DNA of 64,000 nucleotides from contig CM074810.1 of assembly GCA_037447605.1 (NCBI GenBank), positions 2,576,880 to 2,640,879 on the forward strand, in the 5' to 3' direction. Below are positions 28,598-40,226 of the stretch, piece after piece. Under the pieces are notes generated by a model. It was not told the DNA's origin, did no database searches, and was given only the letters and a program-made list of their open reading frames with translations. The first letter of the stretch is position 1, and each line of letters opens with the position of its first letter. The position numbers and the translations under genes were made by a program. The stretch comes from Zygnema circumcarinatum SAG 698-1b (lineage: Eukaryota; Plantae; Zygnematophyceae).

Positions 28598-30724
28598 ATG
28601 GAGGTGGAGGGAGAGAGGGAGAGGGAGGCGGGGGAGGGAGAGGACCGCTTTCATGCCCTGAACGACGAAGCTCTTTTAAATGTGCTAGCAAATCTGTCGC
28701 ATCCGCTCGACCTTGCAGCCGCCATGGCGGTCTGCAGGCGCTGCTTCGTCCTCGGTGAGTGGGAGGGAGGGAGGGAGGGAGTGAGGAAGGAAGGGACGGA
28801 TAGGGAGAGAGAGGGGGGGAGGCAGAAAGAGAGGCAAAGTGGGAGAAGGGGGGCGGGAGAGGGGAAGTGTGGGGGATTATGAGAAGGATGTTCAGGAGGG
28901 AGGAGGGAACGGGAGGAGGGGTAGGGTAGATTGTGCGGGTGGGAAGAGAGTGTGGAATAAGATAGAGGTGCGAAGGAGGGAGAAAGAAATATATATAGTG
29001 AAAGAGAGAGACAGAGACAGAGACAGAGTGAGAGAGCGGGAGAAAAGGGGGTTTGGGGAGAGGGGTGCTGACCCAAGTCATTCATCTCCATGTCGAATTG
29101 CAGGTGTTGAGGGCCAGCTCTGGAGGTCCCTATGCATGAGGCTGTCCCCCTCCGACGCCCTCAACAGAGTGATCGGCTTTCAACCTTCTCTCTCCCTCTC
29201 CCTCTCCTCCCATCCCCCTCTCCCTCCCACATATCCCACCACTCGAACTCGTTTCAAATGCTGTCGAATCACCCCACTTCAAATTAGTGTCCTTTTTCAG
29301 AATATGGACAGTGCAAGTTCCGTAGGATCAAGTTCTGGAAGCGACCCTTGTCCTTCTTCTTCTTCTTCTTCTTCATCATCCTCTTCTCAAAGCTCTCAGG
29401 ACTTTCTCTTTCAAAAACTAAGGATGGAATCGCAGGCGTTCGCTGCACTTGCGTGGCAGTTAGTCGCTCCGCCGCGGGGAACGGCAAACTGTATCCGTTA
29501 CGCGTTACATGCGTCCAGTACGGATCATTATCCGGAGGAGAGCATAGAACAGACGTTACAGTTTCCGTCAAAGGACTGCCATTGGTCGAGCAAAGGATTG
29601 GAAGATTCGGAGCACCTGGAAACTTTGACGTACGAACTTGAAACTCCAGTTTGTGTGGTGAGTCCTTTTTGGGTCTAATTTGGGTTTCAAATTTCTGGTG
29701 TGGCAAATTAGCCAGATTATGGGTCAAGTCAAGTCAAGTCACTGCCAAATTCAAATTGCCAGCTGGGGGTCCTGACTGCGTACATTATTATGCTTATTTT
29801 GCGTAAAATTCCAGAAATTTAATAATATTTGTATTATGCGTATTCATTGCTTTAGCTTCTCCTCGTTTTCCCCTACAGGTACATGAGATGATGATGCGGC
29901 CTTCACAAGGTACACTCTTCTCTCCCCACCCCCTCCCTCTCTCTCTCTCTCTCACTCCCTCTCTCTCTCTCTCCTATCTCACTTTGTATATCTCCCTCGT
30001 CACTCTGAGTCGAACGGCTATAACAATAATTTCAAGTGCCAAATTTGATCCCTTTCTCTGTTTTTCAATGCAGACTGTGCTAAACGTGGTGAACCAATCT
30101 ATGCTGCCAAAGCTGTGAGGTTTCGTTTTGGATACGTTCCATGCAAGGACTGGAACAGAACGGAGCGCAACGCAACTGAACGGCATGGATCGATATCGGC
30201 TCGATATCTCGATAACCCTTCGACCTGCTTCGAATGGACCTACGAATCTCCGATTTACCCCATGGAAAAGGTCAGTTTTAGGTCAAATTCATCAAAAAAT
30301 CATTAAGAATTTCGCTGCCTTGTTAGTTTTTTTTCGACGAGTTGGTCGACCTGACATGCTCCTTTGGTTTCCATGCTCTCCGTTTAAAGGCGAACGTCCT
30401 TCAACGGTTTCCGTTGCCCCAACCGGTTCTATGCATTGGAGGGATCGTACAAGTGGAGCTGCTCGAAAGCGTCCAAAAGGACTATGACGGCCTGTACTAT
30501 ATTTGGTAAGCAAATTCTATATCCTATTTTTTCTAAATTGTAAATTTGATGACAAAAAAATGGGAGAATGTCAAACTCTCCCCCCTTGTCGAATATCCTC
30601 TCCCCCTTTTCGGGAAATTTCGTACTTCCATTTTTGTTATCCACTTCCCCCCTTTTGTTTCTCCTCTCACACATCAACGCAATGTCTGCAAACACATTTG
30701 CAGAGAGAGAGCAAAGCATAGCAA

Positions 30725-30761
<37 letters not shown>

Positions 30762-31319
30762 TGGGTGAGCTCGGAAACTTACAAAGAGATCCCAAAATTG
30801 TTATACCCTCTAATCGTTTTTACATTTATGTATGTATATTTTTTCTTACCTCTCTCTCTCTCTCTCTCTCCCTCTCTCTTTACTTGTCGCAGCATCCGCC
30901 ACGTCCGAGCTCTTGGGCGACCTCTGCCTCAGTTTCAGTTCGACCTGACACCGGACTGTCGGCAGTTCATCCTTCAGTTCAACGGAAACGGAAACGGAAA
31001 CGGAAACGGAAACGGGGACGGGGTGCATGGAACGCACCACTTGTCACAAGAGACTCTTTCCGGTCTCGGAAATGAGTTCGAAGCACAGCTTGAGCAATTC
31101 AGTAAAGTTGAGAGAAGGGCGGAGCGAGTCCTCAGAGACGACAGCCGAGCCTTCAGAATTTTGGCTTTGTTCAATGCGTTTGATTTGGACGGGGACGAAG
31201 AGGCGAAAAGGGAAGCTGAAGCTTTGGCGGATATCTATAATGAGGAAGAGGAGAGTGAGGGAGAGGAGAGTGAGGAAGAGGAGAGTGAGGGAGCGGGAGG
31301 AGGTGAGGGAGGAGAGTGA
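28598..31319 (+). CDS. F-box protein of the At4g00755-like family (F2)
   Basis: Exons 28598-28754, 29104-29168, 29301-29657, 29879-29909, 30074-30270, 30390-30505, 30893-31319. Same exon structure as F1, frame intact, acidic C-terminal tail. Confidence 0.88.
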
Positions 31320-32974
31320 GGGAGAGGAGGGAGAGGAGGGAGAGGAGGGAGAGGGAGAGAGGGAGAGGAGGGAGAGGGAGAGGAGAGGGAGAGGGAGAGG
31401 GAGAGAGGGAGAGAGAGAGGGAGGGAGAGGGAGAGGGAGAGGGAGAGGGAGAGGGAGAGGGGGTGGGAGAGGGAGAAGGAGAGGAAAAATGGGAGTGAGA
31501 GGGCGTGAAGAGGAAGGAGAGGAAGGAGTGCTTTCAGAGCTTGATGCTGAGCCGCAGTGGTCTCCTGAAGGCAGTGATTATGAGGGGGAAGTTTGTATTG
31601 CCCGCTGCACCGGGGAGATAGCGTCACAAATTGCGAGAGAGAGGGAGGAGAGAGAGAGGGAGAGAGAGAGAGAGGGAGAGAGAGCGAGAGAGAGAGAGAG
31701 AAGGAGAGAGAGAGAGAGAGAATGAGCGAGGGAGAGCGATAGATCCACCCTAAAAACCCTCAAGACTCCAGAAACTGGAGTAGTTGTTGCGGTTTGCTGC
31801 AGGGTAGAGGCACATCTGTACAGATTTGGGTGTTTTGGGATGTGAAGATGCGAACAGGCACAGGCCGGGGCTAGGGAGGGAATGGGAGTCACATGTGCGG
31901 CATTGTTACGGAATCAGTTGCGCTAATTGTGGACTGCTAGAGTTTGGTTTCCATGCGTTGCTCCACTTGTTTGTTCCGTGTGGGCTGCCATATTAGTGAC
32001 TTTGCTAAATCAATCCCCTTTGTTATTGCTCACAAGCCGACAGAGGCTTTGAGAGGAGAACATTTTGTGTATTGCAGCTTTGTTGTAATGTATAGCTTGT
32101 ACCCGTCAAGCACCGCACGGATAAGTAAACGATATTTCCCAAGCGCAAAAGGAAAGGTGGGACTTCAATTTGGGTTTTAGGGCCCTTTTTAGGGAAGCTT
32201 TTTGATCTTTTCTAATTTGTTGAATCATCTGAATGTGAAGAAAGCAGCAGAGGGGGGATTAAGGCTTCTCCTTGCTCTCATGGTTATTCATTGGAGAGAG
32301 GGTCCCTCGTGTCGATCTATAAGAATTTCTTACCGATTGTTGGCGAGAGGGATTTTAGTTCCTAGAAGGCGAAGGCAATGGCAAGGGTCCTGTAATGTCC
32401 GAAAAGCGGAAGAAAACTCAAGTTTTGTCGTGGACCTGAAAATTGGACTCTGATGAGTCAATATTTTTTAGTTTCCTTGTTTTCCAATCATAACAGTTTC
32501 AGTTCCAGTTCCAGTTACTTTCCAGTTAATGTTCCGGTTACTATCCCAGATACTGTTCCGTTCCTAGTTACCGTTCCAGTTCCAGTTGCTATTTCACGCT
32601 CTGTCGCAGTTTTTGTTTCAATGTAAAAGTGAAATCTGCTTTTATGCGAATGCGTGTGCTCTTAGATTTATCGTGGTGTGCATCAGATCGATCCATGCTC
32701 TTCAGCGCCGTTGCGAACCACGCTCGCATACCCTCCACATGTATATCTCCGTTAGGGCCGGTTAAAGACGAAGGAACAAATGGAAAATATTACAGTTCAA
32801 ATCTTCTTACAGGGGTCGTCAAGAGATTTTGCTGACTCAGCGAAGCATACACGTCAGTATTGGAGTCAGCACAATCTCAAAACGATCCCTGATTGGTTTT
32901 TAGCAGATTTGGTCCGTGAAATTTTCCTTTTTGTCTGTGCGTCTAAACCTCATCTATGTTGATTATTATTCAGT

Positions 32975-33920
32975 GGGTAGTGTTATTTCCACCCCTTTTT
33001 TTGGATCCAAACACCCCTTCCCGGCCGGGCAGATTTCAAAAGGGATAAAAAACAGAAAATGCATTTTTCACACCTTTTTGGAATCGATACCCACCTTCTT
33101 CCGTCGGCTGATTATATTTTTGCTAACCAAGGAAAATGATACCCCGTCACCGCATTCTGAATACTGTATCCCGCCTCCCTGAATTTTTTTTTGAGGGAAA
33201 GAAATATCTGCCTGCCCGAATCCGCTCGGAACGGAAGATCCGTCCGCCACGAGATCGTTCGCGGGTGTCCGTCTTTCACACGTGTGTGTCAATCGCAGCT
33301 GTCAATTCCTTAGCAGATCGCACCACTGCAGGTCACCGTTCGATCAGCAGCCGGGCTCGATCTTAGCGAATGGAAAGCGCCCACGAGTCCCGTCAAAGCC
33401 AAATCGCTCGTGCGAGTGCGCGCGTCCCTCGGCCCGAGATCTCGTCATTCTTAGCTCCCAGCCAATCAACATTTGCCACGTGTTACATTTTTTACGTGGA
33501 TAATTTTTATTGGCCCAAGCTCTCAATGTACCAAATTCTGGGTTCCTCAAGTTGTGACCGTACGACATTTGTACGGACAAACTTTTGAGACGAGTTTGGC
33601 GGGATACGTGGGCACTTGCCATTCGCTGTGACCGAGCCCGGCTGCAGATCAAATACTGATCTGCCGTGTTGCGATCTGCGAGGGAATCGACGGCTGCGAT
33701 TGACCGTACGCGTGAAGAAAAATTCTGGTAGGCGGGATATTCAAATGGGGTGACGGGTTGTCATTTTCCTTGTTTCGCAGAAATAAAATCTGCCGATGGA
33801 GGGTGGTATCGATTCCAAAAAGGTGTGAAAAAAGCATTTTCCGTTTTTAATCCTTTTTGAAATCTGCCCGGCCGGGAAGGGGTGTTTGGATCCAAAAAAG
33901 GGGTGGAAATATCACTACCC
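32975..33920. mobile_element. Non-autonomous long-TIR DNA transposon with 8-bp TSD (copy 2)
   Basis: GGGTAGTG...CACTACCC ends. TSD TATTCAGT at 32967-32974 and 33921-33928. Collinear with 7835-8766. Confidence 0.9.
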
Positions 33921-34232
33921 TATTCAGTTAACCCTGCCCACAGTTTTTACTGACGTGGACACCCGGAAGTCAACGCCCCGGACCCTACCATCCATGTCCG
34001 GTGACGGAATACCACGTGTCACCAGGTGGCAACAACCTCTTAGATCCCACCACGTGTCACCTCATGCCACGTGAGCAGCTCCCCCCGCTCGACACGTGTT
34101 GAGTGCCTGGGCGACCGTACGGCCGTGCGGCCGTACGGTTTAAGTGGTTATCGTGGGTCAGTTCCCGCCTTTCGGGCTTGTGAGGATTCGGTTTTTCATC
34201 ATAGGGAGGGGGAGGGGGAGGGNNNNNNNNNN

Positions 34233-35519
34233 TGGGGAAAGGAGGGAGAGGGAGGGGAGGCGAGGGGAGGGAGAGAGAGAGGTAGAGAGAGGGGGAAGGA
34301 GGGAGAGGGAGGGGAGGGGGAGGGAGAGAGAGGGAGGAAGAGAGAGGGGAAAGGAGGGAGAGGAAGGGGAAGGAGAGGGAAAGGGAGAGAGAGAGGCATT
34401 TTCTCTTCCTTGGCATCACAGCGCTTCTCTCTTTGCAAGATAAGGTTCAGCGCCCTCTGCGAAACCTTGCGGGCTCAGCGAAGAAGAGCTCTCAACCCAT
34501 GGAGGTGGAGGGGCACAGAGAGAGGGAGAGGGATCCGGGAGAGGGAAAGAGAGAGAGAGAGGGAGACGAAGAGAAAGTGGCAGAGGGAGAGGGAGAGGAT
34601 CGCTTCCAAGCCCTGGACGACGGAGCACTTTTAAAAGTGTTGGCGATGCTGTCGCATCCGCGCGACCTCGCCGCCGCCTTGACCGTCTGCAGGCGGTGCT
34701 TCGCGCTCGGTGAGGGAGGGAGGGAGTGGGGAAGGGAGGGTGGAAGGGAGGGGGGGAGGGAGGATGGGGGGGAGGTAGGGTGGAAGGAGGGGGGGGAGGG
34801 AGGGAGGGGAGGAGGGATGGACGGAGGGAGGGGCAGGGAGGGAGGGAAGGAAGGAGGGCCGGGGTAGGGGAGAGAGAGAGAGATAGAGAGAGAGAGAGGC
34901 AGAGAGATCATTAGAGAGAAGGAGAGAGGGGGGGAGGTGGAGAGGGAGAGGGAAACCTGACCCGACTTTTTCATCTCCCTGTCTGAATTGCAGGTGCGGA
35001 GAGACAGCTCTGGAGGTCCCTATGCATGAGACTGTGCTCCGCTGACGCCCTCAACAGAGTGATCGGCTTTCAACCCCCTCCCTCCCCCGCCCTCTCCCCC
35101 TCCCTCCATCCCCCTCTCCTTCCCACACTTCCTATCAACCGAACTCGTCCCAAATGCCGTCGAATTACCCCACTTCGAGACGGCTCCTTTGTTCAGAATA
35201 TGGACAATGCAAGTTTCGTAGGATCAAGTTCTGGAAGCGGCCCTTCTCCTTCTTCTTCTTCTTCTTCTTCTTCATCATCCTCTTGTCAAAGCTCGCAGGG
35301 CCTTCTCTTTGAAAAACTAAGGATGGAATCGAAGGCGTTCGCTGCGCTTGCGTGGCAGTTAGTGGCTCCGCCGCGGGCAACGGAAAACTGTATCTGTTAC
35401 ACGTTACATGCGTCCAGTACGGTTAACTGTTATCGGAGCATACAACAGACGTTACTGCATACACCTGAGTTGTCGCGCTTTTATTGGTCGAGCAAAGGGT
35501 TCGAAAATGCGAAGCACCC
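34233..35519 (+). other. Near-exact duplicate of 35530-36814 (5' half of F-box F3) bounded by N gaps; probable assembly overlap or haplotig
   Basis: 1287 vs 1285 bp, differing only in G-run length as far as I can see. 10-N gaps at 34223-34232 and 35520-35529. Confidence 0.8.
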
Positions 35520-35794
35520 NNNNNNNNNNTGGGGAAAGGAGGGAGAGGGAGGGGAGGCGAGGGGAGGGAGAGAGAGAGGTAGAGAGAGGGGGAAGGAGGG
35601 AGAGGGAGGGGAGGGGAGGGAGAGAGAGGGAGGAAGAGAGAGGGGAAAGGAGGGAGAGGAAGGGGAAGGAGAGGGAAAGGGAGAGAGAGAGGCATTTTCT
35701 CTTCCTTGGCATCACAGCGCTTCTCTCTTTGCAAGATAAGGTTCAGCGCCCTCTGCGAAACCTTGCGGGCTCAGCGAAGAAGAGCTCTCAACCC

Positions 35795-37511
35795 ATGGAG
35801 GTGGAGGGGCACAGAGAGAGGGAGAGGGATCCGGGAGAGGGAAAGAGAGAGAGAGAGGGAGACGAAGAGAAAGTGGCAGAGGGAGAGGGAGAGGATCGCT
35901 TCCAAGCCCTGGACGACGGAGCACTTTTAAAAGTGTTGGCGATGCTGTCGCATCCGCGCGACCTCGCCGCCGCCTTGACCGTCTGCAGGCGGTGCTTCGC
36001 GCTCGGTGAGGGAGGGAGGGAGTGGGGAAGGGAGGGTGGAAGGGAGGGGGGGAGGGAGGATGGGGGGGAGGTAGGGTGGAAGGAGGGGGGGAGGGAGGGA
36101 GGGGAGGAGGGATGGACGGAGGGAGGGGCAGGGAGGGAGGGAAGGAAGGAGGGCCGGGGTAGGGGAGAGAGAGAGAGATAGAGAGAGAGAGAGGCAGAGA
36201 GATCATTAGAGAGAAGGAGAGAGGGGGGGAGGTGGAGAGGGAGAGGGAAACCTGACCCGACTTTTTCATCTCCCTGTCTGAATTGCAGGTGCGGAGAGAC
36301 AGCTCTGGAGGTCCCTATGCATGAGACTGTGCTCCGCTGACGCCCTCAACAGAGTGATCGGCTTTCAACCCCCTCCCTCCCCCGCCCTCTCCCCCTCCCT
36401 CCATCCCCCTCTCCTTCCCACACTTCCTATCAACCGAACTCGTCCCAAATGCCGTCGAATTACCCCACTTCGAGACGGCTCCTTTGTTCAGAATATGGAC
36501 AATGCAAGTTTCGTAGGATCAAGTTCTGGAAGCGGCCCTTCTCCTTCTTCTTCTTCTTCTTCTTCTTCATCATCCTCTTGTCAAAGCTCGCAGGGCCTTC
36601 TCTTTGAAAAACTAAGGATGGAATCGAAGGCGTTCGCTGCGCTTGCGTGGCAGTTAGTGGCTCCGCCGCGGGCAACGGAAAACTGTATCTGTTACACGTT
36701 ACATGCGTCCAGTACGGTTAACTGTTATCGGAGCATACAACAGACGTTACTGCATACACCTGAGTTGTCGCGCTTTTATTGGTCGAGCAAAGGGTTCGAA
36801 AATGCGAAGCACCCAGAAACGTTGACATATGAACTCGAAAGTCCAGTTTGTTTGGTGAGTCTATTTGGGTCAAATTTCGGGTTTCTCAATTTTCTGGGTT
36901 CCATATAAGGTTTCAGGAGTTTATGGAGTTTGGGTTATTTTATTTTAGAGTGGTTTCCAGTTTCCAGTTTTTCGGCGTTCTTGGTGCAGTTCTGGGGTAT
37001 TTTGAGAATTTGATGCCAACCCTAACCCTAACCTTTATTCGGATGATAAGTTCAAGTCAGCTTGAATTCCTATGAGTAAGTAATTATCAACCTTAAGTAT
37101 CAACCTCAAGTTAACCTTAAACCAGACCTAAAGTTAATCCGTTTTACTTCTTGTATTGATCATGACCTTGCGCCGAATCTTCAGCGATACCATAACCCTA
37201 ATGATAAGAACTTAAAGGCCAAGTCTGTAATTTTTAACTATTAGGTCTGAACTCGAGTCGGGCCTTTTGATAACCTTGACAAATGGTTAGGGTTTGAGTG
37301 AACCTCATTTGCACTTCACTGACTAACTTGTCTACATGATCACATTTTTTTCCCCACTCCCACTCCCTTATCCTCTCCCTCTCCCTCTCCCTCTCCTCCT
37401 CACTCTTTCTCTCTTTTCGTCTCTTCTCTCCCTCTCCTTTGCTTCTCCTCGTTTTCCTCTACAGGTACATGAGATGATGGTGCAGCCTTTTCAAGGTACA
37501 TCCTTCCCTCT

Positions 37512-37561
<50 letters not shown>

Positions 37562-37582
37562 CTCTCTCTCTCNNNNNNNNNN

Positions 37583-37619
<37 letters not shown>

Positions 37620-37633
37620 CTCTCTCTTTCTCC

Positions 37634-37664
<31 letters not shown>

Positions 37665-37921
37665 CCTCTCTTTACTTGGGCAGCATCCGCCACGTCCGAG
37701 CTATTGGGCGACCTCTGCCTCAGTTTCAGTTCGACCTGACAGAGGACTGTCGGCAGTTCATCCTTCAGTTCAACGGAAACCGAAGAACTGGAACTGGAAA
37801 GAGGTCGCGTGATCCACTTTCGCCGGAGAGTGTAACTCAACGTATTCAGAGACTTCAACTTCTTCTTCACGACCTTGCAGAGAGGAGGAGGAGGCAAAGA
37901 GGGAGGAGGAGGGTTTTTTGA
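35795..37921 (+). CDS. F-box protein of the At4g00755-like family (F3); exons 5-6 absent at an N gap, 3' frameshift relative to F1
   Basis: Exons 35795-36005, 36289-36353, 36492-36854, 37465-37495, then a gap at 37573-37582, then the terminal exon from 37684 (IRHVRAIGRPLPQFQFDLTEDCRQFILQF). The F1-like tail ...MNDRED* (stop at 37994) is in another frame. Confidence 0.75.
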
Positions 37922-39086
37922 CCTTCACGTTCAATCTGAAAGAAGTGATGATGAAGGGGAGGGAGATGTGTGCATGAATGACAGAGAGGACTAGTAAGCA
38001 CGCGCGAGGGGGGGAGTGAGAGAGTGCGAGAGGGAGAGAGTGGGAGGGGGACTAGAGAGAGCGAGAGGAAGGAGAGAGGGGAGAGGAGAGAGAGGAGAGG
38101 AGAGGAGGGAGGAGAGTGCGGGAGAGAAAGATTGAGCCATTCTAAAAACCTCGACTCCATGAACTTGAGTAGTTGAAGTTTCCGTTTGCGGTTTGCTGCA
38201 GGGTAGAGGCACATCTGTACGGATTTGGGTGTTTTGGGATGTGAAGATGCGAACAGGCACAGGCCGGGGCTAGGGAGGGAATGGGAGTCACATGTGCGGC
38301 ATTGTTACGGAATCAGTTGCGCTAATTGTGGACTGTTGAAATTTGGGTTCAGTTTGTTGCTCCAGATTTTTGTTCCTTGTGGGGTTCCATATTGAAGGGG
38401 AAGAGAGGGAGAGGGAGAAGGAAATGGAGCGGGAGAAGGAGGGTCAAATTGAAAGATAATGAAGGAGAGGGAGGGAAAGGGAGATAGAGAGAGAAGGCCT
38501 TTTGCTTAGGAAAGCCAACCATAAGAGTCAAGGTACTCCTAAAAATTTGCATCCATATTTGTAGTGTTTCCAAATTGTCAGAAGCAGTCTCCCCTTTTCA
38601 CAACCCATTCAAGTTTCACACTTGGAAAATGACGGTAAGTTCTCAACCCTAATCCCCTCCATACACATTTACGTCACCTGCTTAAAAGATCCCTTAAGGC
38701 CCTCGCCCTAAATCCTCGGTATGAGCAACCGAGCTTTCCGGAACACCATTTGTACCACAAATCTCATACAATTCATGGTAAAGATCTCTTCTCCAACAAA
38801 CTCTTGTCTTTCAAAGACGAGAGAGAAACCTATATCTTCTTTTTTTTTCCTTCCTTTTTTGATGGAAAGTTCTTACTCTCCGAAAATGGAACTCTTTCGA
38901 CAGATATCCCTGAGATGGGAATAAACCCCAATTGAATATTTTTAGATATCTTCTTTCTTTGTATACTTTTGGCCAAATGTACACAGGTGGGCCTCGACAG
39001 ACATGGAACCTCCCTAAACTAAGTACCCATGACATTCAGTTTCCGTTCAGTTGCCGATCTGTGTCGTTTCAGTTTCAGTTACAGTT

Positions 39087-39332
39087 TCAATTCCACCGAC
39101 TTCGACGCTTGAGGTAGTCAGGAACGTCTGCCAAAGCGCTCCCCGACTTGTTAGAAGGAGTACTCGGCAACTTTCGGATACCGCTTCTAAACGCTGACGT
39201 GTCGTCTTGTGCTTGGCCCATCTGCCAAGTAGAGAAAGACATTAAGTACTTCAGTCAGTGTCCTCACAAAGAGATATGAGTAGGAGTGGGAAGTGAGGAA
39301 GGAGAGGGAGGGGAAAAAGAGAGCGAGAGAGA

Positions 39333-39367
<35 letters not shown>

Positions 39368-40194
39368 CACCTCATCTTCATTCGAACGGAAGCCCGTGGC
39401 AATCAATGTGATGCTGACCTGCATTTGGCAAAAAAAATAAAAGGGGATAAGGTGGAGGAGGAAAGGAAAAAGGAGAGGCCATGACTAAGTATTCCACTCC
39501 TGCCGTCCAGAAAAATGACATGAAATGTCAAGCAAATGAGTGCATACATATTTTTGGCAATTTTTTATTTAAAAACATCAACATATCCTTTTTTTCTGGG
39601 GATTCTGTGCTTTTGCTGAGTTGGATTCAAACCATAAAAAAGAGAGGCTTAATGATTCAACTTTTGTTCTCATTTTTTTCCTTAAACTGCCCACCTGGCC
39701 GTTCAGCGAGTCGTCCACTACTGCCCCAAAGATCAAGTTCGCATCAGGATCCACCAACATGTTGATCTCCTGAGCGGCCGTGTTGACCTGGATCAACGCC
39801 ACAGGACCAACGAAGGTCAACTATGAAGCCTTCAGAAGGAGAGGAGGATGGAGGCGAGAGAGATGGAGGGTGACGAGAGGGAGAGTAGTGAGGGAGAGGA
39901 GTAGGGAGAGGAGCGAGTGACAGATTGTCGAAGAGTGAGAGATGGAGAGAATGAAGACGAACCGTAGGTAGGGAATTGTGAGGGAGAGAGGGAGAGGAGA
40001 GGGAGAGAGGGAGAGAGGGAGAGAGAGAGAGAGGGAGAGAGAGAGAGGGAGAGAGAGAGACCTCTGTGAGGCTGAGGTCACTGGGACCGGTAATGTTCCA
40101 AACCACTCCGGTTGCTTGCGCAATTCCCACATCCAAAAGAGGGGACTTGATAGCAGCCAGGGCAGCATCCCTCGCTCGGGTTTTGCCTGCGGGA

Positions 40195-40226
<32 letters not shown>

